Under the pieces are notes generated by a model that saw only the letters and a program-made list of their open reading frames with translations, was not told the DNA's origin and did no database searches. This document shows, piece after piece, positions 1 through 8,603 of a stretch of DNA of 64,000 bases. A program made the translations under genes and the position numbers. Source of the DNA: an uncultured Actinomycetes bacterium (lineage in GTDB: Bacteria > Actinomycetota > Thermoleophilia > UBA2241); NCBI GenBank assembly GCA_963751565.1, contig CAVVVA010000014.1, positions 40,139 through 104,138 on the forward strand, written 5' to 3'. The first letter of the stretch is position 1. Each line of letters starts with the position of its first letter.

Positions 1-283
1 GGTACTCACAGCGGCCTCGCCACGCCCTGACGACGGTGATCGACCATCACGGTCAGCATGGTTTCAGATGATACGCGAAGCGGCCGCCGCAGACGAACGG
101 CGGCGGCGGCCTGCCCGCCGCCCAGCCCCGTTGTCAATGCGGACAACGCCGAATCGCCCGACACGGTTCCGGCGGCGGGCGCCGCGCCGTAGGGTTAGCC
201 GGGCGGGCGATACGGCGAGGCAGGACTCCCCACAGACGGAGCGAACTCCTACCTCTGCCGCCCAGCAGTCGAGGAGGAACCAG

Positions 284-532
284 ATGACCGACCAGCAGAC
301 GAGCACCGAGGTGAAGACGATCATCGTGCCCAAGGCGCTCGAGGAGTTCTTCGCCACTCGACTCGAAGCGCGCTACGCCGAACGCGGCGACGTGAAGGTG
401 ATCGTCGACCGTCGCCAGGCCGAGCGTCGCGTGGGCGCCGGCCCGCGGCCCGAGCCCGACCGCCGCACGACCAACCGGCGCGTGCTGGCCGGGTGGTGGT
501 CGCTGCCCGACATGCCGTTCGAAACGTCCTGA
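284..532 (+). CDS. Small hypothetical protein, 82 aa (MTDQQTSTEVKTIIVPKALEEFF...); internal start of ORF 68..532
   Basis: ATG at 284 sits behind a strong GAGGAGGA Shine-Dalgarno at 270-277. Diverse amino-acid composition (K, I, F, W). The upstream part of the ORF is Arg-rich noise. Confidence 0.45.
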   Translation: MTDQQTSTEVKTIIVPKALEEFFATRLEARYAERGDVKVIVDRRQAERRVGAGPRPEPDRRTTNRRVLAGWWSLPDMPFETS

Positions 533-661
533 CGGCTCCGTAGCCACCGACGAACCCGACAAGCAGGGCCGGGGTGCGCGTGCGCACCCCGGCCCTCGCT
601 ACGGTGGCGGCCGGCGACAGGCTCCCCCAGCCGGCCGGCGGCAGACGGCGCTCCTCTGCCT

Positions 662-1249
662 CTAGATCCAGCCGTGCTCGCGGCTCACGATGACCGCCTG
701 AGCGCGGTCGACGACCTCGAGCTTGTGGTAGACGTTGTGAAGGTGATTGCGGATCGTGCTCTGCGACACCTGCAAGGCGTGTGCCACCTGCTTGTAGGTC
801 TTGCCGCTGGCCAGCAGCTTGACGACCTCGCGCTCGCGCTCGGTCAGGGGGCTGGGTACGTCGGTCTTGGGGGCCTCGCTCTCGTGCAGATGAACCTTGA
901 CCCGGGCCAGCAGCTCCTTGATGTGGAACGGCTTGACGATGTAGTCGACGGCTCCGCTCTCGAAGCCGTGCAGGCGGCTGTCGATGTCGCCGGCGGCGGT
1001 CAGGAAGATGATCGGGCACTCGAGCGCCGCCGGCTTCTCGCGCAGCCGCGCGCACACGGTGAAGCCGTCGTAGTCGGGCAGACCGATGTCGAGCAGCACC
1101 AGATCGGGCAGCGACAGGGCGCCGTCGCGCACCGCCGACCGCCCGTCGGGCGACGTCGTCACCTCGTAGCCGGCCGCCGACAAGGCTTCGTCGACGAGCC
1201 GCAGCACGTCGGGGTTGTCGTCGACCACGAGGATCCGCTTGGCGCCCAT
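662..1249 (-). CDS. Response regulator, receiver domain plus LuxR/FixJ-type HTH (NarL family)
   Basis: Receiver motifs are present (ILVVDD, LLDIGLPDYDGF). The C-terminal LuxR HTH is present (LTEREREVVKLLASGKTYKQVAHALQVSQSTIRNHL). Start is placed at MGAKRILVVDD (ATG 1249). The ORF stays open up to 1522, so a longer N-terminus is possible. Confidence 0.85.
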   Translation of the reverse strand: MGAKRILVVDDNPDVLRLVDEALSAAGYEVTTSPDGRSAVRDGALSLPDLVLLDIGLPDYDGFTVCARLREKPAALECPIIFLTAAGDIDSRLHGFESGAVDYIVKPFHIKELLARVKVHLHESEAPKTDVPSPLTEREREVVKLLASGKTYKQVAHALQVSQSTIRNHLHNVYHKLEVVDRAQAVIVSREHGWI

Positions 1250-1482
1250 CAGAGGGCTCCCGACGCCGCCGGACGGCCTTGGCATGCTCGCTGCTGGACC
1301 TTCACGTCGTGCCTCGATTCGCTCCCGCATCGCCACGGCAAAGCCTGCAGACGATGCGTCGTGGTTATCGGCACGGCGAGGGCAAACCTTAGGATCGCGG
1401 GGGCGCCGCGTGAGCGTCGTGGAAGCGGCTCGCGGCCGTCGCGGGGGCGACTCCCGGACGTCGAGGATACGTGCGCGGGGGT

Positions 1483-1662
1483 CTACTGCAGCAGGCTGTC
1501 CCCGTAGGTGAACAGCAGCCACACGGTGAGCGCAGCGACGCAGACGGCGATGCCGACATCGAGGAACTGCCGGCGGCGCAACGCGTCGACGAGCAGCTCC
1601 ACAAAAAAGAACGTCGCGACCGCGAGCCCCACGACCCCGGCTACGATGATGACGACGTTCAC
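1483..1662 (-). CDS. Possible 59 aa two-TM membrane protein (VNVVIIVAGVVGLAVATFFFVELLVDALRRRQFLDVGIAVCVAALTVWLLFTYGDSLLQ)
   Basis: In-frame GTG at 1662 overlaps the stop of the gamma-subunit gene (GTGA arrangement). Hydrophobic composition is atypical for GC-driven spurious ORFs. Confidence 0.35.
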   Translation of the reverse strand: MNVVIIVAGVVGLAVATFFFVELLVDALRRRQFLDVGIAVCVAALTVWLLFTYGDSLLQ

Positions 1663-2297
1663 GCCGAAGCGCGCGATCCGGCCCGGCCGGAAGCGCCGGT
1701 TCGGCGCGCGCGGGGCGCGGCTGCGCCGCGCCCCGCGCGCGCCGCCAGGTCGTGGCCCAGCTTCAACGCCTTCAGGTTGAGATCGACGATCTTCGCCGGC
1801 AGGCGGCGGCGCACGGCGTCGGCCAGCGCGGCGGCGCCGACCACGCCGCTCAGCTCCTGAACGGCGCCGAGCATGACGATGTTGGCGGCGATCGCCTTGC
1901 CCAGCTCGGTCTCCGCCAGGTGAGTGAACGGCAGGCCCACGAGGCGGCGCTCCGCCAGCGGCAGCGCCTCGACGAGCCGCTCGTCGTAGACGACGAGGCC
2001 CCCGGGCACCGTCTGGGCCGCGTAGGCGTCGAAGGCTTCCTGCGAGAGGCACACCGTGATGCCGGGGGCCGTCACCTCGGGATAGTCGATCTCGTCGTCG
2101 GCGATGATCACCTCGGCCTTCGAGGCGCCGCCGCGAGCTTCGGGGCCGTAGCTCTGGGTGGCGATCACCTCGCGGCCGGTCGCCACCGCGGCGTCGGCGA
2201 GCAGGGTCGCCGCCAGGATGATGCCCTGACCGCCCGACCCCGAGAGGCGGATCTCGTGTCGGACCGGTCGCTCAGCGCGTCCGCCGGGCTCAGCCAC
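1659..2297 (-). CDS. 2-oxoacid:ferredoxin oxidoreductase, gamma subunit
   Basis: Conserved IRLSGSGGQGIILA N-terminal motif of POR/KOR/VOR gamma subunits. GTG at 2297 overlaps the beta-subunit stop (GTGGCTGA), consistent with translational coupling. Confidence 0.75.
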   Translation of the reverse strand: MAEPGGRAERPVRHEIRLSGSGGQGIILAATLLADAAVATGREVIATQSYGPEARGGASKAEVIIADDEIDYPEVTAPGITVCLSQEAFDAYAAQTVPGGLVVYDERLVEALPLAERRLVGLPFTHLAETELGKAIAANIVMLGAVQELSGVVGAAALADAVRRRLPAKIVDLNLKALKLGHDLAARAGRGAAAPRARRTGASGRAGSRASA

Positions 2298-3180
2298 GGG
2301 AACGCTCCTGCGCGCGCCGCACGACGCTCGCATAGGCCGCCGTGTACTCCTCGCGCTCGGCGTGATGCAGCACGCCGACCGGGTAGCGGTCGCGCAGACG
2401 CGGCCCGGCGAGGTCGAACTGGTCGACCGGCACCGCCCTCGCCTTTTGCACCTTGAGCATCTCCGCCGGGTCGGCGAGTCCGTTCTGGCGCCCGTAGTAG
2501 GTCGGGCAGGCGACCATCGCCTCGACAAACGAGAACCCCTTGTGGGCGATGCCGCCGGCGATGAGCTGGGCCAGGCGCTGGTAACTGTACGACGTGCCCC
2601 GGGCGACGTAGGTAGCCCCTGCGGCGCGCGCCAGCTCGCAGATGTCGAACGCCTGCTCGACGTTGCCGTAGACGCTGGTCGTGGAGAGGTCGCCCTCGAA
2701 GGTCGTAGGGCTCATCTGGCCGCCCGTCATGCCATAGATCGAGTTGTTGAAGACGATCGCCGTGACGTCGATGTTGCGCCGCGCGGCGTGGATGAGATGG
2801 TTACCGCCGATCGCCACGCAGTCGCCGTCGCCCATCACCACGATCACGTTGAGCCCAGGGTCGGCGGCCTTGGCGCCGGTCGCCACGGCCAGCGCGCGGC
2901 CGTGCGCGGTGTGCACGGTCGACCAGTTCAGGTAGGCGGTGATGCGCCCGGCGCAACCGATGCCGGCGATCACGCAGGTCCTGTCGGGATCGAGCTCGAG
3001 CGCCAGGACGGCGTCGATCAGCGCCCGGGTGACGATGCCGTTGGAGCAGCCCGCGCACCAGAGCGTCTTGGGCGAGCGCAGATGCCGCGTGATCTCGCCC
3101 GTGCGATGTGGCGTGACACGCGGCAGGCTCTCGTCGTGCGGCGCCCGTTCGAGCAGCTCTTCGTCGACCAGGGCGGTCAT
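2290..3180 (-). CDS. 2-oxoacid:ferredoxin oxidoreductase, beta subunit (TPP-binding)
   Basis: TPP/Fe-S motifs are present: WCAGCSNG, GIGCAG, VVMGDGDCVAIGGNHLIHAARRNIDVTAIVFNNSIYGMTGGQ. ATG at 3180 overlaps the alpha stop (ATGA). Confidence 0.9.
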   Translation of the reverse strand: MTALVDEELLERAPHDESLPRVTPHRTGEITRHLRSPKTLWCAGCSNGIVTRALIDAVLALELDPDRTCVIAGIGCAGRITAYLNWSTVHTAHGRALAVATGAKAADPGLNVIVVMGDGDCVAIGGNHLIHAARRNIDVTAIVFNNSIYGMTGGQMSPTTFEGDLSTTSVYGNVEQAFDICELARAAGATYVARGTSYSYQRLAQLIAGGIAHKGFSFVEAMVACPTYYGRQNGLADPAEMLKVQKARAVPVDQFDLAGPRLRDRYPVGVLHHAEREEYTAAYASVVRRAQERSRG

Positions 3181-4346
3181 GTCGTCTCCTCGAAGTGGTG
3201 ATAGTGGAACTCCCGCCGGATGAGGTCCTGGATCTCCTCGGGACGGATGAGCTTGCCGTCGATGCGCCCGTGGTCGACCACCTTGGCCCGTCCGGCCACG
3301 GCGGCCTGGACCTCCCAGGACATCTGCTTCAGGTTCATCTCGGGCACGATGATGGTGCGCACCTGCTCGGCCATGTGGTCGACGGCGGCGGTGGGAAACG
3401 GCCAGAGCGTGATGGGCCGCACGAGGCCGACCTTCACGCCCTGCCGGCGGGCCCATTTCATGGCCGCCCTGGCGGAACGCGCCACCGAGCCGTAGGCGAA
3501 GATGGCGACCTCGGCGTCTTCCATCTCAAGCTCTTCGACCCGGCAGATCGCGTCGCGATGATGGTAGATCTTCTCGCGCAGATAGAGACCGAGCCCCTCG
3601 GCCACCGACGGAGTGCCGGTCGCCGGCACGCCGCCCCGGCGGCGGTCGTAGACCAGGCCGGTGACGTGCACCGCATAGCGCGAGCCCAGCGCCGGCCGCG
3701 GCATGATGTTGTCGACGGTCGACATGACCTCGTCGTAGTCTTCGGGCTCCACGTCGGGCTCGCCGCGCGCGGCGACTCGCAGCTCATCGGCCAGCGGCAG
3801 GGCCACCGCCTCGCGCATGTGGCCGACGGTCGCGTCGGAGAGCAGAATGACCGGCGTGCGGTAGGCCTCGGCCAGATTGAAGGCCTCGACGGTCAGCGAG
3901 AAGCACTCGGCCACGGAGCTCGGCACGAGGGCGATGATCGAGTGCTCGCCGTGCGTGCCCCAGCGGGCCTGCATCACGTCGCCCTGCGAGGGCTCGGTCG
4001 GCAGACCTGTCGACGGTCCGCCGCGCATGACGTCGACGATGACGCACGGCACCTGGGCCATCGCGGCGTAGCCGATGCTCTCCTGCATGAGCGAAAAGCC
4101 GGGGCCCGACGTGGCGGTGAGCGCCTTGGCGCCGGCCAGCGAGGCGCCGATCACCGCGCCGATCGAGGCGATCTCGTCCTCCATCTGCATGAAGTGGCCG
4201 CCCACCTGGGGCAGGCGGCGCGCCAGCACCTCGGCGATCTCGGTCGAGGGCGTGATCGGGTAGCCGGCGAAGAACCGGGCGCCGGCCGCAATCGCGCCTT
4301 CGGCGACCGCTTCGTTGCCTTCGACCAGACGGCGCGGCTCGGGCAT
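3177..4346 (-). CDS. 2-oxoacid:ferredoxin oxidoreductase, alpha subunit
   Basis: Typical KorA/PorA N-terminus (GNEAVAEGAIAAGARFFAGYPITPSTEI) and TSGPGFSLMQE motif. Start MPEPRR at 4346 overlaps the delta stop by 1 nt (TGATG). Confidence 0.9.
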   Translation of the reverse strand: MPEPRRLVEGNEAVAEGAIAAGARFFAGYPITPSTEIAEVLARRLPQVGGHFMQMEDEIASIGAVIGASLAGAKALTATSGPGFSLMQESIGYAAMAQVPCVIVDVMRGGPSTGLPTEPSQGDVMQARWGTHGEHSIIALVPSSVAECFSLTVEAFNLAEAYRTPVILLSDATVGHMREAVALPLADELRVAARGEPDVEPEDYDEVMSTVDNIMPRPALGSRYAVHVTGLVYDRRRGGVPATGTPSVAEGLGLYLREKIYHHRDAICRVEELEMEDAEVAIFAYGSVARSARAAMKWARRQGVKVGLVRPITLWPFPTAAVDHMAEQVRTIIVPEMNLKQMSWEVQAAVAGRAKVVDHGRIDGKLIRPEEIQDLIRREFHYHHFEETT

Positions 4347-4615
4347 CAGGCCTTGCCTGCCGGCCGCACGATGTCGACGGCGAAGTCGGGACAGTGGCGC
4401 TCGCAGAACGCACAGACGGTGCAGTCGGCCAGGCGCGCGACGACCGGCTGACCGAGATCGTCGCGGTCGAAGACGTGCTCCGGACAGAGCTCGATGCAGA
4501 TGCCGCAGGCTTTGCACAGCTCGAGGTCGACGAGGATCGCCTCGGGGGCGCGACTCTTCGCTTTTGCGGGGGCGTCCTTCATCGGTGTCGCCGGCAGGCG
4601 GCCCGCCGTCGCCAA
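4346..4615 (-). CDS. 2-oxoacid:ferredoxin oxidoreductase, delta subunit (2x[4Fe-4S] ferredoxin)
   Basis: Two CxxCxxCxxxCP motifs (CKACGICIELCP; CTVCAFCERHCP). The true start may be the internal MKDAPAK (4582). Confidence 0.8.
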   Translation of the reverse strand: MATAGRLPATPMKDAPAKAKSRAPEAILVDLELCKACGICIELCPEHVFDRDDLGQPVVARLADCTVCAFCERHCPDFAVDIVRPAGKA

Positions 4616-4753
4616 GAAGCGGGGACCGATCCTGTCTGAATACAGTCTATGCGTCCCGGCCGCGCCGCGCCACCGTGCGCGCGCTGCGCCGCGCCGCCGT
4701 GCGGGCCTCGCGCGGCGCCACCGTGCGGGCCTCGCGCGGCGCCCGAGGCGTTC

Positions 4754-7729
4754 TCACGGCAGGAGCCGCTCGGCGAGGAACTCGAGGGGATGCCGCGCGG
4801 GGCGGCCGGCGAGGTCGCCGATCTGCGACCGGCACGACGTGCCGGTCGCCAGCACCGCGTCGCGCCGGCCCGCCGCCCGCACGGCCGGCAGCAGCGCCCG
4901 CTCGGCCACCTGCACGCTCAGCTCGTAGCGCTCCTTGCGGTAGCCGAACACGCCCGACATGCCGCAGCAGCCGGCATCGAGCACGGTGAGCTCGAGGTCG
5001 GGCACGCAGCGCAGCGCCCGAAGCGTGTCGTCCGCGCCGAACACCGCCCGCTCGTGGCAGTGCGGGTGGACCACGGCGCGGCCGCCGGCGGCGAAGCGCA
5101 GCCGGCCCGCGACGGCGGCGTCGGCTACCAGCGCGAGCCCGGAGCGCGCCGCCGCGGCCACCTCGGCGGCGGCGGCGTCGCCGGGCAGCAGCCGCTCCCA
5201 ATCGTCGCAGACCATCGCCTGGCAGCTCGGCTCGATGAAGACGATCGGCAGCCCCGCCCGGGCGGGCGGCGCGAGCGACCTCGCGGTCGCTCGCGCCGCC
5301 CGCCGCGCTTTGTCGATCATGCCCACCGACAGCATCGTGCGCCCGCAGCAGCCGACGCTGGCGACACTCGGCGTGTGGCCGGCCGCGCGCAGCAGTACCA
5401 GCAGCGCCTCGCCTATGTGCGGCTCCTGGTGTTCGCTGAAGCAGTCGGCGAAGACGATCACGCTGGGGACCGGCCCACGAGTCGTGCCGGGACCCGCGCC
5501 GGAGATCGCGCCGGGGGTCGCGCCGGGAGTAGTACCGGTCGCCCCGCCGGCAGACGCGCCGGCAGACGCGCCGCGCGCGGCCGCACGCGCCTGCTCCCGG
5601 CTGGAGAGCGAGCGCCGCGCGATCGCCGGCACGGAGCGGCGGGGGTCGACCCCGACGAGCGGCATGACGGCGCGGGCCGCAGGCCCGCGCCCCAGCGCGT
5701 TGACGAGCGGCGCGACCGGCGCCGCCAGCCTGGTGAGCCGGCGCAGGTCGGCGACGGCGCGCGCCAGCAGCGGCGTCCCCCGGCGGGAGTTGACCTCGGC
5801 GAGCCACTCGGCCTTGAGCGCCGCCATGTCGACCGCCGCCGGGCACTCGGCGCTGCAGGCCTTGCAGGCGAGGCAGGTGCCCAGGACGTCTTCGAACTCA
5901 CCCTCACCGAGCAGCGAGAGCGGCACCGCGCCGGCCACGACCGCCTGTAACAGGTTGGCGCGCGCGCGGGTCGTGTGCCACTCGTTGCGCGAGACCGCCG
6001 CCGGCGGGCACATGGTGCCCACCTGCTTCTTGCACAGGCCGGCGCCGAAGCAGCGCTCGACGGCCAGGTCGAACCCGCCCTCGCGGGCATAGGAGAGCCG
6101 CGGCCGCCACCCTGAGCGGTCGCGGTAGGCCGCGCCGAAGCGCAGGTTCTCGGCTACCTGCGGTCCTTCGACCTTGCGTCCCGGGCTGAGCAGGCGGCGC
6201 GGATCGAACAGGTCCTTGAGCGCCACGAACTCGGCGTAGAGCTCGGGCCCGAACAGCTCCGGGTTGAACCACGAGCGCGAGAAGCCGTCGCCGTGCTCGC
6301 CCGAGAAAGCGCCGTGCCGCTCGGCGACGAGACGCCCGACCTCGCGGGCGATGACCTCGAGCTTGCCGACGCCCACGGCCGTCTTCAGGTCGAGCATCGG
6401 GCGCACGTGCATGCAGCCGGCCGAGGCATGACCGGTAAACGAGGCGCGCACGCCGTGCGCCGCGACGACGCGCTGGAACTCGTCGACGTAGTCGGCGAGG
6501 CGCTCGGGAGGCACGGCGGTGTCCTCGACAAATGAAGCGGGACGATCCACGCCGGGCGCCCCCATGAGCAGGGGCAGCGAGGCGCGACGCAGCTCCCAGG
6601 CCTCATCCACCTCGTCCGGATCGGCGAAGAAGACCGTAGCCGAGGCGCCGAGGTCGGAGGCCACGCCGCGCAGGCGGTCGAGACCGGCCAGACCCTCGTC
6701 GCGCGTGCCCTGATATTCGACGAGCAGCACCGCCGGGTCGCCCCCGTCGAGGATCGCCCCGAGGCGCGTGAAGCGCCGCAGGTTGGGCGAGCGGCGCAGC
6801 GGCACCAGGTCGATGAGCTCGACCGCCGACGGCCCCGTGGGGAGGATGACCAGGTTCGCTTCGAGCGCGGCGCGCAGGCTCGCGAAGGTGAGCGCGGCCA
6901 GCGGCCGCGCCTGCGGCCGCTCGTCGAGCTGCACCTCGAGCTCGGTGAACAGCAGGAGCGTCCCCTCCGAACCGGCGAACAGGCGAGCCAGGTTGGGCTC
7001 GGGCTCGATCAGCTCGGGCAGGTTGTAGCCGGAGACGCGGCGGGCCGTGCGCGGGAAGTCGGCGGCGATGCGGGCGCGCGAGCGCGCCCGCATCGCCGCC
7101 AGGCCATCGGCGAGCGGCCCGCCGCCGGCCCCCGTCACGCCGCTGCGCAGGTCGCCGCCGGCGCACGGTCCGAACGCGGCCGCCTCTCCCCCGGCGAGCA
7201 CGCCCTGCACCCTCAGCAGCTTGTCCTTGGTCTCGCCGTAGACGATCGAGCGCGAGCCCGAGGAGTTGTTGCCGGCCATGCCGCCGATCGTCGCCTGCTC
7301 GACTGTCGAGGTGTCGGGCCCGAACTCGAGGCCGAAGGGCGCCGCGGCGCGGTTGAGAGCGCCCTGCACGACGCCCGGCTCGACTCTCGCGACCCGCCGC
7401 TCGGGGTCGATCTCGACGATGCGGTCGAGGTGAAAGCAGTCGATTGCGATGCCGGCGCCCAGGGTCTGCCCGGCGAGGCTCGTGGCCGCGCCCCGCACGC
7501 ACAGCGGCACGTCGTGGCGGGCCGCGACCTCGGCGGCCACGGCCAGGTCGTCGACCGACCTGGCCACGAGCACCGCGTCGGGCAGCACCCGGTAGATCGA
7601 GGCGTCGGTCGAGTAGAGCCAGCGCGACAGCGGGCTCGTGCGGACCTCGCCGGCCACGTGGCGAGCGAGGTCGGCGGCCGCGGCGAGGCCCCGCTTGCTC
7701 GGGGCTGGAATGCCGGCGTCGGCGCTCAT
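4754..7729 (-). CDS. Fused FAD-linked oxidase (GlcD/D-lactate dehydrogenase-like) plus Fe-S/CCG-domain (GlcF/GlpC-like) oxidoreductase, ~990 aa
   Basis: N-terminal FAD_binding_4-type sequence (RWLYSTDASIYRVLPDAVLVARSVDDL...GAATSLAGQ). Central CxxCxxCxxxCP ferredoxin-like motif (CLACKACSAECP). C-terminal Cys-rich CCG-like repeats. Start MSADAGIP at 7729; the upstream 91 codons of the ORF read through the repeat element. Confidence 0.85.
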   Translation of the reverse strand: MSADAGIPAPSKRGLAAAADLARHVAGEVRTSPLSRWLYSTDASIYRVLPDAVLVARSVDDLAVAAEVAARHDVPLCVRGAATSLAGQTLGAGIAIDCFHLDRIVEIDPERRVARVEPGVVQGALNRAAAPFGLEFGPDTSTVEQATIGGMAGNNSSGSRSIVYGETKDKLLRVQGVLAGGEAAAFGPCAGGDLRSGVTGAGGGPLADGLAAMRARSRARIAADFPRTARRVSGYNLPELIEPEPNLARLFAGSEGTLLLFTELEVQLDERPQARPLAALTFASLRAALEANLVILPTGPSAVELIDLVPLRRSPNLRRFTRLGAILDGGDPAVLLVEYQGTRDEGLAGLDRLRGVASDLGASATVFFADPDEVDEAWELRRASLPLLMGAPGVDRPASFVEDTAVPPERLADYVDEFQRVVAAHGVRASFTGHASAGCMHVRPMLDLKTAVGVGKLEVIAREVGRLVAERHGAFSGEHGDGFSRSWFNPELFGPELYAEFVALKDLFDPRRLLSPGRKVEGPQVAENLRFGAAYRDRSGWRPRLSYAREGGFDLAVERCFGAGLCKKQVGTMCPPAAVSRNEWHTTRARANLLQAVVAGAVPLSLLGEGEFEDVLGTCLACKACSAECPAAVDMAALKAEWLAEVNSRRGTPLLARAVADLRRLTRLAAPVAPLVNALGRGPAARAVMPLVGVDPRRSVPAIARRSLSSREQARAAARGASAGASAGGATGTTPGATPGAISGAGPGTTRGPVPSVIVFADCFSEHQEPHIGEALLVLLRAAGHTPSVASVGCCGRTMLSVGMIDKARRAARATARSLAPPARAGLPIVFIEPSCQAMVCDDWERLLPGDAAAAEVAAAARSGLALVADAAVAGRLRFAAGGRAVVHPHCHERAVFGADDTLRALRCVPDLELTVLDAGCCGMSGVFGYRKERYELSVQVAERALLPAVRAAGRRDAVLATGTSCRSQIGDLAGRPARHPLEFLAERLLP

Positions 7730-7774
7730 CGCGTCCAAGCATAGACGCCCGTGCGAGGGCGGCGCTACCGGGGC

Positions 7775-8060
7775 CGCTCGGGCGGGGGAGGCCTCAGGTC
7801 GGAGCTGCTCGGGAGGCGCTCCGGGCGGGGTGAGGGCCTCAGGTCGGAGCTGACTCGGGAGGCGCTCCGGGCGGGGTGAGGGCCTCAGGTCGGAGCTGTC
7901 TCGGTCAGCTGCGCACCTCACCTTGGGGGGGCTCCACCTCGCAGGCCGACCTTCGACCCTCGCCCCGCACTTCGCTTGGGCCATCCGACCTTCGACCCTC
8001 ACCCCGCCCTTCGCTCCCGTCAGCGGAACCTCGAACCTCGCCCCGCCCTTCGCTCAGGCA
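7775..8060. repeat. Composite repeat element IR-L: three copies of a ~45 bp unit A (GGGAGGCGCTCCGGGCGGGGTGAGGGCCTCAGGTCGGAGCTG), then about three copies of a ~40 bp unit B (CGACCTTCGACCCTCACCCCGCCCTTCGCT...)
   Basis: Tandem periodicity is visible directly. The reverse complement matches 10350-10675 almost base for base over ~230 bp. Confidence 0.8.
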
Positions 8061-8182
8061 GCGCGTGGCGACCTCGCGCCGTTGCTCCGCACCCGGCGAG
8101 GCCGGACGGGCCCGCGGCAAACTTCGCGTGCGAAGACGTGCGCCGCTCACCGGTGCAGCGGCTGTGCTAGAGTGCCGCCGAA

Positions 8183-8603
8183 GTGACGACGCTCGCCCAT
8201 ACGACGGCGCCTGCGACGGACCGCCGCGAACGATTCGCCGCCGGTCGCGCCCGTGAGAGGGCGCAGGCGGCGGGCGGCGTGCGGCTCTGGCCACACGACG
8301 CCGCCCGCGGCGTGGCGCTCTTCTTCGGCCTGTTCTCCTTCCTCAATCTGATCGGCGAGCTGCGCGCGCCGGGCTTCAACGAGAACATCTGGTGGCTCGA
8401 CCTGCGACCGCTGCCGGCAGCCGCGACGGCCATCATCCTGGCGCTCGCGGGGCTCCTGCTGGTGTGGTGGGGGCTGAGGCCGGCGGCGGCGCGGGTGGCG
8501 TCGCGTCGCGACGCCGGTCACGGCCTGCGTTCTCAGCGTCGTTGCGCTGCGCAACGGCGCCGCGTTCTACCGTGCCTGGCAGCTCGGCCAGATCCGGCCG
8601 TGG
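8183..8603 (+). pseudogene. N-terminal TM-helix region (FFGLFSFLNLIGEL...; IILALAGLLLVWWGL), apparently the frameshifted 5' part of the downstream DUF218 gene
   Basis: The frame-2 ORF has a protein-like hydrophobic N-terminus for about 100 codons, then degenerates into Arg-rich noise. Frame 0 upstream of ATG 8604 reads as membrane protein (ACVLSVVALRNGAAFYRAWQLGQIRPW) right after a stop at 8475. Confidence 0.3.

Noticed and set aside
321-1507. Long ORFs (321..1055 -, 674..1507 +) overlapping the LuxR response-regulator gene
   Set aside because: Arg/Pro/Ala/Gly-dominated translations with no motif. They are antisense or out-of-frame to a gene with clear receiver plus HTH signatures. This is typical GC-driven ORF noise.
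7876-8294. ORFs reading through the left repeat element and encoding RPSPRPSL-type Pro-rich repeats (7876..8256 +, 7905..8294 -, 7923..8186 +)
   Set aside because: Their periodic sequence simply mirrors the DNA tandem repeat. Equivalent ORFs exist on both strands and in the inverted copy (10113..10610). There is no start context.
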